Source: Aeriscardovia sp.
GTDB taxonomy: Bacteria; Actinomycetota; Actinomycetes; Actinomycetales; Bifidobacteriaceae
Assembly (NCBI GenBank): GCA_017405305.1
Contig: JAFRAT010000018.1
Span: 1,248 to 25,247, forward strand
Reading direction: 5' to 3'
DNA length: 24,000 nt
The translations under genes were made by a program, and so were the position numbers. Shown here piece after piece: positions 7,011-13,498 of this stretch. Position 1 is the first letter of the stretch, and each line of letters starts with the position of its first letter. The notes under the pieces were generated by a model. The model saw only the letters and a program-made list of their open reading frames with translations, ran no database searches and was not told where the DNA came from.

Positions 7011-8482
7011 GAAAGAACATGGCAACGCAGACACAACGACGGGGATCGCTGCGGTCAGCGGTCACGACCGGCATCGGCAAGGCCGTGCGCCGCGCAGCCG
7101 GCATGGTTGGCGGCGGCAGCGCGTTCCCGGGAATGGTCGTCGAGAAGATCGACCGCGGGTTCCTCGGCCGCACGCTGGCCCAGCTGCCGTTGGGAACGGT
7201 GGTCGTCAGCGGGACCAACGGCAAGACGTCGACGACGCGCATGATCGCCCAAACGCTGGAGAACCTCGGCTTCGCCGTGGCGACGAACCCGACCGGGTCG
7301 AACTTCGTGCGCGGCGTGGTCTCCTCGCTCGTGCGCCAGGTGGATTCCCGCGGCGGGCTGCACGCCGACGTCGCCGTCTTCGAGCTGGACGAGGCCTACG
7401 CCGCGCTGTTCGTCAAACAGGTGCCGCCGCGCTACTGTGTGCTGCTCAACGTGCTGAGGGACCAGCTCGACCGTTTCGGCGAAATCGACAACACCGCGCG
7501 CCTGCTGGGCGCGGTCGCCGCCGCGACGACGGGCACCGTGGTGCTCAACCGCGACGACGCGCGCGTAGCAGCGCTTGCCGGCGTCGCCCGCTCGGCGAAG
7601 AAGACCGATTACTACGGCCTGGAGCCAAACCTGCGGCCGATGTTCCCCAGTGACGACGACCTGCACGGCCATGTGGTGGAGGACACGGACGAGGCCCGCG
7701 CGGCCGAGGCCGCCAAACAGGCGTACCGGAACCTGCCAGCAACGGTGACGCTGGCCTCCGCGGACCGCGACCAGGCCGAATTCCTCATCGACGGCGCGAA
7801 GCATGGAGCCACGATGCGCGTCTCCGGCGTCTACAACCTGTTCAACGCCGCGGCGGCTCTGGCCGTCGTGCGCGCCGTCGTCGCCGACGCCATGGACGCC
7901 CGGGGGCTGTCCCCGAAGGCGGAGCGCGCGGTGAAACAGCTGCGCGTAATGGCCGCCGAGCAACGCGACGAGACCCTGGTGAAGGCCGTCTCCCGGGTGA
8001 CGCCGGCGTTCGGCCGGGGCGAAACCATCGACGTTGACGGCACGCTGGTCGACCTCGTGCTGGTCAAGAACCCGTCCGGCTTCCGTTCCGCTCTGCAGTC
8101 CTTCTCCCCGGAAGGCGCCGATACCATGATCGCCATCAACGACCAGTACGCCGACGGCCGCGACATGAGCTGGCTGTGGGACGTCGACTTCACGTCCCTG
8201 CGCGGGCGCGGCGTGGCCATGGTCTCAGGCACGCGCCGGTGGGACATGGCCCTGCGCCTGCGCTACGACGGCGTCGAGCCGCGCGAGGTGACGGAGGACC
8301 TGGGCCAGGCCGTCGACCGGCTGCTGGCAGCAGGCCCGGGCGCGCGCAAACGCATCTACTGCACGTATACGGCCATGCTGGAGATCCGCAAGCATCTGGA
8401 GATCCTGCTGAAGGTCGACAAACGCCTGGCAGGCATCGCGGGCATCCAGAGGACCGTCGAGCGAGGAGCGGAGGAACGATGA
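7007..8482 (+). CDS. murT: lipid II isoglutaminyl synthase subunit MurT (Mur ligase family with a DUF1727 C-terminal domain)
   Basis: Mur ligase P-loop 'VVVSGTNGKTSTTRMI'. C-terminal 'DGRDMSWLWDVDF' resembles the MurT/DUF1727 motif. A GatD-like amidotransferase follows. The ATG at 7007 overlaps the dnaB TGA (ATGA), with an alternative ATG at 7019. The track ORF start at 6578 lies inside dnaB and was rejected. Confidence 0.88.
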   Translation: MRKNMATQTQRRGSLRSAVTTGIGKAVRRAAGMVGGGSAFPGMVVEKIDRGFLGRTLAQLPLGTVVVSGTNGKTSTTRMIAQTLENLGFAVATNPTGSNFVRGVVSSLVRQVDSRGGLHADVAVFELDEAYAALFVKQVPPRYCVLLNVLRDQLDRFGEIDNTARLLGAVAAATTGTVVLNRDDARVAALAGVARSAKKTDYYGLEPNLRPMFPSDDDLHGHVVEDTDEARAAEAAKQAYRNLPATVTLASADRDQAEFLIDGAKHGATMRVSGVYNLFNAAAALAVVRAVVADAMDARGLSPKAERAVKQLRVMAAEQRDETLVKAVSRVTPAFGRGETIDVDGTLVDLVLVKNPSGFRSALQSFSPEGADTMIAINDQYADGRDMSWLWDVDFTSLRGRGVAMVSGTRRWDMALRLRYDGVEPREVTEDLGQAVDRLLAAGPGARKRIYCTYTAMLEIRKHLEILLKVDKRLAGIAGIQRTVERGAEER

Positions 8483-9300
8483 CGCAGGAAAACGGCGGCG
8501 CGGCGCAGGACGCGACGAAGGAAGCGGCGGACACGGCTCCGGGCGCGGCGGGCGAATCCCGTCCTATCGACGTGGTCTCGCTGTACGCGCACGACATGAA
8601 CATCTACGGCGACTCCGGCAACGTGCTCGTCATCGAGAAGCGGCTGCGGCTCTACGGCTACGAGCCGGTCGTCCACCTGTACAATCCCGGCGACCTTTGG
8701 CCCGAGCACGTCGACCTGGTTCTGGGCGGCGGCGGCCAGGACTCCGGCCAGCGCATCATCCAGAAGGACTTCCTCCAGCGCGGCGGGATCCTACGGCAGT
8801 TAGCGAAGGAAGGCGTGCCAATGCTGATGATCTGCGGCCTGTACCAGCTGTTCGGCAAGTACTTCCAGACCGTTTCCGGCGACCGCATCCCGGGCGTCGG
8901 CGTCTTCGACGCGGTGACCATCGGCAAGAAGGCGCGTCTCATCGGCAACGTCGTGGAACGCAGCCGCGACTTCGGCATCATCGTGGGCTACGAGAACCAT
9001 TCCGGGCAGACCTTCCTCCACGGGGACACGAAGCCGCTGGCGACCGTCTCCAAGGGCCAGGGCAACAACCTCGACGACGGTTTCGAAGGCGCGCGAGTGG
9101 GCAATGTCATCGGCACGTACATGCACGGCTCGCTGCTGCCGAAGAACCCGCGCGTCGCGGACTTCCTCATCGCCCGCGCGGCCGAGCACCGCTACGGCAC
9201 GTTTGAGCCGAGGATGAGCCGCGAGGCCCGCCATGAGCTGGACCTGCTCGACAGAACAGCGCGCGAGGCGAGGGACGTGGCGCAGCAGCGGCCGCGCTGA
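8479..9300 (+). CDS. gatD: lipid II isoglutaminyl synthase glutaminase subunit GatD (CobQ/CobB-type glutamine amidotransferase)
   Basis: 'IDVVSLYAHDMNIYGDSGNVLVI', the nucleophile region 'LMICGLYQLFG', and 'GTYMHGSLLPKNP' are present. The ATG at 8479 overlaps the murT TGA (ATGA). Confidence 0.88.
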   Translation: MTQENGGAAQDATKEAADTAPGAAGESRPIDVVSLYAHDMNIYGDSGNVLVIEKRLRLYGYEPVVHLYNPGDLWPEHVDLVLGGGGQDSGQRIIQKDFLQRGGILRQLAKEGVPMLMICGLYQLFGKYFQTVSGDRIPGVGVFDAVTIGKKARLIGNVVERSRDFGIIVGYENHSGQTFLHGDTKPLATVSKGQGNNLDDGFEGARVGNVIGTYMHGSLLPKNPRVADFLIARAAEHRYGTFEPRMSREARHELDLLDRTAREARDVAQQRPR

Positions 9301-9323
9301 AAGGCTTTTCCAACCATCAACGA

Positions 9324-9741
9324 ACCGAGACGGCGTTGGCTGGAGCAGAGCGACGCGAAAGCAAAGGGAAGGCGGCCGAGCTCGCCGGTCCGCGGGCGGA
9401 CTACGTGACGCGCTGCAACGGCGGCGACAACGCGGAGCGCGCCGCCGTGCCCGACAGCGAAGCGCACGCGCTGCGATCGTTGCCCTCGGGCATCTTCAAC
9501 CCGCGCGCGGCATCGGTGAACGGCAACAGCGCCGGTCGGCCCGCAGGAGCCGACGGGGGAGCTGGCGGCCCCGCTGCGCTGCGGCGAGGAGTTGCGCCCC
9601 TTCGTGGACGATGCCGCGCGTCTGTTCAACCGCGTCCTGGACAACGGCGCCACCATGCTTTTCGAAGGCAGCCAGACCACGTACCCCTTCGTGTCCTCTA
9701 GCAACGCGACGATCTTGTCGCCCGCGCAGGCAGCGGCGTAG
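9324..9741 (+). pseudogene. purA: decayed adenylosuccinate synthetase (purA) relic with a frameshift and large internal deletion
   Basis: Frame 3 (9324-9536) reads 'ALAGAERRESKGKAAELAGPRADYVTRCNGGDNAERAAVPDSEAHALRSLPSGIFNPRAASVNGNSAG'. It is collinear with the PurA N-terminus 'GAQWGDEGKGK...Y.V.R..GG.NAGH......LH.LPSGI.....IGNG'. Frame 1 (9583-9741) reads 'GEELRPFVDDAARLFNRVLDNGATMLFEGSQ-TTYPFVSSSNAT', which matches PurA 'L.PYV.....L......G..VLFEGAQ(GTLLDIDHG)TYPFVTSSN'. The P-loop and NAGH catalytic residues are replaced, and roughly 130 codons are missing in between. Confidence 0.6.
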
Positions 9742-9813
9742 TCCCGGCGCGGGACGCGAGAGCGCCGTCAAGCGGCGGACGGCGCAGAATACGCTCGTGC
9801 TTGTCCCGCCTTA

Positions 9814-9842
9814 TTGACATGCTTCCCACCGCTGCCTAGAAT
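9814..9842 (+). promoter_or_regulatory. near-consensus sigma70-type promoter upstream of the crcB leader
   Basis: TTGACA (9814-9819), an exact 17-nt spacer, then TAGAAT (9837-9842). The predicted TSS is around 9849, giving a leader of about 250 nt before crcB. Confidence 0.55.
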
Positions 9843-9859
9843 CGTTCCCGTCGCGAATC

Positions 9860-9891
9860 GCCGCCGGCCAGGAGCTGGGCGGCTTGTTTTT
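9860..9891 (+). terminator. terminator-like hairpin plus U-run inside the crcB leader
   Basis: GCCGCC(GGC)CAG (9860-9871) pairs with CTGGGCGGC (9875-9883). That is 9 bp with a 3-nt bulge and a GAG loop, followed by TTGTTTTT (9884-9891). It lies only about 10 nt after the predicted TSS and upstream of the riboswitch-like element. Confidence 0.4.
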
Positions 9892-9899
9892 CCACGGAT

Positions 9900-9999
9900 G
9901 GCAATGGGACTTGCCAGTGGCGCCAGGGGCCGGAGAAGCCCGGTGGAACGGCTCTGCGAGCCGCGGGTGCCCGAACCGCAAATCGCTGATAGTCCCTGT
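9900..9999 (+). promoter_or_regulatory. candidate fluoride riboswitch (crcB motif) with an atypical ~58-nt insertion
   Basis: GGCAAUGGGACUUGCC (9900-9915) resembles the crcB-motif P1 hairpin GGCGAUGGUGUUCGCC. In it GGCAA pairs with UUGCC and the loop is UGGGAC. AACCGC (9974-9979) and GCUGAUAGUCCCUGU (9985-9999) resemble the consensus AACCGCC...GCUGAUGAnnCCUnn. The loop GGGAC (9906-9910) is complementary to GUCCC (9992-9996), as required for the pseudoknot. It sits about 100 nt upstream of tandem crcB genes. The consensus was recalled from memory and not scored with a covariance model. Confidence 0.5.
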
Positions 10000-10102
10000 T
10001 GGGAAAGGCATGGGCGCCTGCCTGCCGGGACGAGGATTCCGGTGCCGGCCAGCGTCAACAAGGCTTGTCGGCCCGTCGCCTGCGCCGCGGAAGGGGATAG
10101 GA

Positions 10103-10564
10103 ATGGCGTCGCCATCGCCGAAGCATTCGAAATCGCTCGCCGTCCTGTACGTTTTCCTGGGAGGCATGATCGGCACCGCCTTGCGCGCCGGACTGTGCCT
10201 GTCCCAGCCCAAGAGTTGGAACTGGCCCTGGATCGTGTTCTGCATCAACGTGGGCGGCGCGTTCGTCCTGGGCATCATCAACGCCAGCGTCGGCGCGGAG
10301 AGCGCCAAGCACCCGGCTTCGAAGAACTTCGTCACGTTCCTGGGCACCGGTGTCATGGGCGCGTTCACCACCTACGGCACGTTCATCCACGAGACCGACG
10401 CACGCTTCCTGTCCAGCCTGGGCGGCATCGCCGTCGCCTACGCGCTCGTGAGCGTCGTGCTGGGCGTCCTGGCCGCGGGCCTGGGCATTTGGCTAGGCAA
10501 CATCATGCTCCACGGCACCATCGCCGAAGAAGAGCAGATCGAAACCGAGGAGGTGGACGGATGA
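10103..10564 (+). CDS. crcB: fluoride ion channel CrcB/FEX, subunit 1
   Basis: 153 aa with four hydrophobic helices. 'GGMIGTALR' and 'GVMGAFTTYGTF' are CrcB-like motifs. The ATG at 10103 is preceded by GGAAGGGGA. The longer track ORF from 9884 covers the noncoding leader. Confidence 0.85.
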   Translation: MASPSPKHSKSLAVLYVFLGGMIGTALRAGLCLSQPKSWNWPWIVFCINVGGAFVLGIINASVGAESAKHPASKNFVTFLGTGVMGAFTTYGTFIHETDARFLSSLGGIAVAYALVSVVLGVLAAGLGIWLGNIMLHGTIAEEEQIETEEVDG

Positions 10565-10947
10565 GCCAGCCATGGATCTTCATCCTCGCAGTCGTCGCTG
10601 GCGGCCTGGGGGCCTTATCGCGCTGGTGGCTCGGCGCGCTCGTCAATAACCATGTCCACACGTCGATGCGCTGGGGCACGTTTGTCGTCAACGTGCTCGC
10701 CTGCTTCCTCGACGGCCTGCTGGCCGGTCTGGTCGCGCATTTCCTGGCGGCCTGGACAGGCATGGCCGTGCTCGACTCGATCATCGGCACCGGTTTCCTC
10801 GGCGGCTTCTCCACGTTCTCCACGGCGAGCGTCGAAGGTTTCCAGAACTTCAGGGCCGGCGCGGGCCGTGGCCTGCTGTACGTGGGCGGGATGCTCGTCC
10901 TGTCCATCGGCCTGTGCTTCGCCGGCTATTTCCTCGGCCTGTGCTGA
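10561..10947 (+). CDS. crcB: fluoride ion channel CrcB/FEX, subunit 2
   Basis: 128 aa. 'GGLGALSRW' and 'GFLGGFSTFSTA' are CrcB motifs. An ATGA overlap with crcB-1 suggests a heterodimer pair. Confidence 0.88.
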   Translation: MSQPWIFILAVVAGGLGALSRWWLGALVNNHVHTSMRWGTFVVNVLACFLDGLLAGLVAHFLAAWTGMAVLDSIIGTGFLGGFSTFSTASVEGFQNFRAGAGRGLLYVGGMLVLSIGLCFAGYFLGLC

Positions 10948-10974
10948 AACGAGGCTAGCCAAAGCGATAACCAC

Positions 10975-11032
10975 AAAGGGGCGGCCGCTGCTTTCCGCAA
11001 GACATATCGCGGGAAGCAGCGGCCGCCCCTTT
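10975..11032. terminator. 24-bp stem-loop, bidirectional terminator between crcB and the sirtuin gene
   Basis: AAAGGGGCGGCCGCTGCTTTCCGC (10975-10998) pairs with GCGGGAAGCAGCGGCCGCCCCTTT (11009-11032). There are 23 Watson-Crick pairs plus one G-U, and a 10-nt loop. A/T runs sit at the stem base. A second perfect 11-bp hairpin follows at 11036-11066. Confidence 0.7.
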
Positions 11033-11171
11033 CATGCAGTCGGCGCGCGCTTGCTGCGCCGACTGCGCGCATCAGCGGCGTTGGCCGGGGAATGGCCGCC
11101 CGCGCAGGCACCGACGCGCTAAAACGGGGGTCGCGTCCCTGAAAAAAGCCGCGGATCCCCGCCTCTTCGTC

Positions 11172-11921
11172 TCAGTCGCCGTACTTGTCGATGGTTTCCT
11201 TGACGAGCTTGGGCAGCGCGTCCTGGATCGGTTCGCCGATGAGACGAGTGGCGATGGAATCGTACTCCGTCTCGCCCATGTTCATGATGGTCAGCGGCAC
11301 GCCGGCGTCGACCGCGGCCGGGGCGAGCCAGGCCGCCGGCTGCACGGCCAGCGTCGAACCGATCACCCAGAACTCGTCGGCCTGGCGGACCAGGCGGATG
11401 CTCTTCTCCATCGCGCCTTCGGGCAGAGCCTCGCCGAAGTAGACGACGTCGGTTTTCAGCAGGCCGTTGCACTCGCTGCCGTCGGAAAGCGTGCGGTGGC
11501 AATGCGGGTCCGGCTCCTCGTCGAGGCGCGCCATGATGTCGGCGGTCTGGTACTTCGCGCCGCATTCGAGGCAGTGGCTCGTTCCGATGGTGCCATGCAG
11601 GTTGACGATGACGTCGGAGGAGTTGCCGGCCTTCTCGTGCAGGGCGTCGAAGTTCTGCGTGGCGAGCAGGGTCAGCATGCCGGCCTTTTCGAGGTCGACA
11701 AGCGCCTGATGGGCCGCGCCCGGCTTGGCGGTCCAGACCGGGGATTCCTTCTGCCAGGCCCAGGAGTATTCGCGGTCGGATTCGCTGTTCAGGAAGGCAT
11801 CGATGTCGTAGACCTTCGTCTGTTCCGGATGCTGCGTCCACACGCCTTGCGGGCCGCGGAAGTCCGGGATGCCGGCGGACGTGGAGATGCCTGCTCCGGT
11901 CAGGACGGCGATTTTCCTCAT
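11172..11921 (-). CDS. cobB: NAD-dependent protein deacylase, Sir2 family (CobB-like)
   Basis: 249 aa. 'VLTGAGISTSAGIPDFRGP', 'TQNFDALH', catalytic 'NLHGT', and Zn-site Cys pairs 'CLECG...HCH...ECNG' are present. GAGAGGAAA sits upstream of the ATG. It lies 41 nt downstream of the adenosyltransferase gene on the same strand. Confidence 0.9.
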   Translation of the reverse strand: MRKIAVLTGAGISTSAGIPDFRGPQGVWTQHPEQTKVYDIDAFLNSESDREYSWAWQKESPVWTAKPGAAHQALVDLEKAGMLTLLATQNFDALHEKAGNSSDVIVNLHGTIGTSHCLECGAKYQTADIMARLDEEPDPHCHRTLSDGSECNGLLKTDVVYFGEALPEGAMEKSIRLVRQADEFWVIGSTLAVQPAAWLAPAAVDAGVPLTIMNMGETEYDSIATRLIGEPIQDALPKLVKETIDKYGD

Positions 11922-11962
11922 GTGTTTTCCTCTCTGATGGGATGGACGCGCGCCGGGGTGCC

Positions 11963-12586
11963 TTAGTTCTGCGGCTTGCGGGCGATGGCCTCGCAGGTGC
12001 CGTCGAGGTGATTGGCGTAGCGGGCCATGGCGAACAGGTAGTCGGACAGGCGGTTGACGAACTTGAGGTCCTCCGGGCGCACGCGGCAGGGCTTGGCTTC
12101 GCTGAAGGCCACGCAGGCACGCTCGGCGGCGCGGGCGAGGGTGCGTGCGTAGTGCAGGCGGGCGCCGGTCGGGCTGCCGCCGGGCAGGACGAAGGCCGGG
12201 ATGGTCTCGACGCGGCTCATGAAGCCGTCGATGGCCTGCTCGAGGGCGGTCGTGTCATCGTCGTCGATGAACTCGCAGCCTGGCACGGCGACGTCGGACT
12301 GGACCTGGTAGAACTTCTGCTGGAGTGCGATAAGCGGTTCGCGCAGCTCGGCGCACGCGTCCGATAGCTCGGCGATGACGAGGCCGAGCCAGGACTGGGC
12401 GGCGTCGAGGGAGCCGACGGCCGCGATCTGCGGGTCGGATTTCGAGAGCTTGGTGCCGTCGATCTGGATGCTGGACCCCTTGTCGCCGTGGCGCGTGTAG
12501 ATCTTCGGCCCGTGCGGGGCGTTTTTGACGAGGCTCTTGGCCGCGGCGGTCATCGTTTCGCGCGGTTCCCTGACGTTTTCAGCCAT
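11963..12586 (-). CDS. pduO: ATP:cob(I)alamin adenosyltransferase, PduO type
   Basis: 207 aa. 'KIYTRHGDKGSS' matches the PduO-type N-terminal ATP-binding motif (KIYTKTGDKGxT). 'DPQIAAVGSLDAAQSWLG' and 'FVLPGGSPTGARLHYARTLARAAER' are also typical. The SD AGGAAGG sits 7 nt upstream of the ATG at 12586. Confidence 0.88.
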   Translation of the reverse strand: MAENVREPRETMTAAAKSLVKNAPHGPKIYTRHGDKGSSIQIDGTKLSKSDPQIAAVGSLDAAQSWLGLVIAELSDACAELREPLIALQQKFYQVQSDVAVPGCEFIDDDDTTALEQAIDGFMSRVETIPAFVLPGGSPTGARLHYARTLARAAERACVAFSEAKPCRVRPEDLKFVNRLSDYLFAMARYANHLDGTCEAIARKPQN

Positions 12587-12724
12587 CGATAGGCCTTCCT
12601 TTCTGGACTTAGACGCGGCGGGACGCGCGGGGAAGCCTGCTGGATCGGGCGCGCCCCGTCCGAGGCAATTATCAGCCGCGGCCGCTACATGTGCCGGATC
12701 GGGCGTTTGCCGCGTGCGGCGTTG

Positions 12725-13498
12725 TCACTTCCTTTCTCCGTGGGGAAGGGCGGAACCGGCGCTGTCGCCGTCGCCCGCGGCGGCGTTGCGGGCGCGCACG
12801 CGGCCGACGAGGTCGATGGACCACGGGATGCTGACGAGCAGCAGGATGCCGGTGCACACGCCGCTGAGGGTGTCTCCGGGCAAGCCGGCGGCGATGATGG
12901 ACCAGAACATCCCCCGGTTCCAGGTGCGCATGTACAGGAAGCTGTACATGTTCAGGATGAAGCCGTAGATCCATCCCGAGCAGACGCCGGCGACGAGCAT
13001 CCACCAGCGGTTGCGGCTGAAGCGCGTGCCGCTGATCCAGCCGGCGATAGCGCCGAGCAGGCCCCAGGCGAGCATCTCCCAGGGGGTCCAGGAACCCTGT
13101 CCCAGCCAGAAGTTCGAAATGAACGGGACAAGCGCGCCCGCGAGGAAGCCCGGTTCGGCCCCCAGAGCGAGGCCGGCAAGGATGACAAGCCAGCTGGTGA
13201 ACTGCAGGCCCTGGATCGGGATGCGCACGAAGCGCAGCACACAGGCGAGGGCGACAAGGGCGACGACGATGCCGATGACGGCAGAGCTCATCGCGCGGCG
13301 TTCCAGCGTCCTGAACGCGACAGCCAGGACAACCGGGACGGCGATGACGGCCCAGCCGAAGGCGTCGTCCGCGTTCGTCGCCATCAGCACGGCGAGGGCG
13401 ACAAGGGCCGCTGCGATGACGACGCCCAGGGCGATGGCGAAGCCGCGGCCGCTGGACGCGCTCGGCGCCGGTGTGTCGGTATGCTGTGTGTCACTCAT
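12725..13498 (-). CDS. ECF transporter substrate-specific (S) component, substrate unassigned
   Basis: This is the C-terminal 257 codons of track ORF 12725..15289. The ATG at 13498 overlaps the ATPase stop (ATGA). It has about six hydrophobic helices, for example 'FAIALGVVIAAALVALAVLMA', 'AVIGIVVALVALACVL', 'WLVILAGLALGAEPGFLAGALVPFISNFWLGQGSWTPWEMLAWGLLGAIAGW'. It sits in the operon position of an S component, after T and A-A'. Confidence 0.75.
   Translation of the reverse strand: MSDTQHTDTPAPSASSGRGFAIALGVVIAAALVALAVLMATNADDAFGWAVIAVPVVLAVAFRTLERRAMSSAVIGIVVALVALACVLRFVRIPIQGLQFTSWLVILAGLALGAEPGFLAGALVPFISNFWLGQGSWTPWEMLAWGLLGAIAGWISGTRFSRNRWWMLVAGVCSGWIYGFILNMYSFLYMRTWNRGMFWSIIAAGLPGDTLSGVCTGILLLVSIPWSIDLVGRVRARNAAAGDGDSAGSALPHGERK

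Noticed and set aside
5931-7963. Minus-strand ORFs 5931..7034 (367 aa) and 7055..7963 (302 aa) opposite dnaB and murT
   Set aside because: They are shadow ORFs of strongly supported genes, with no recognisable domains.
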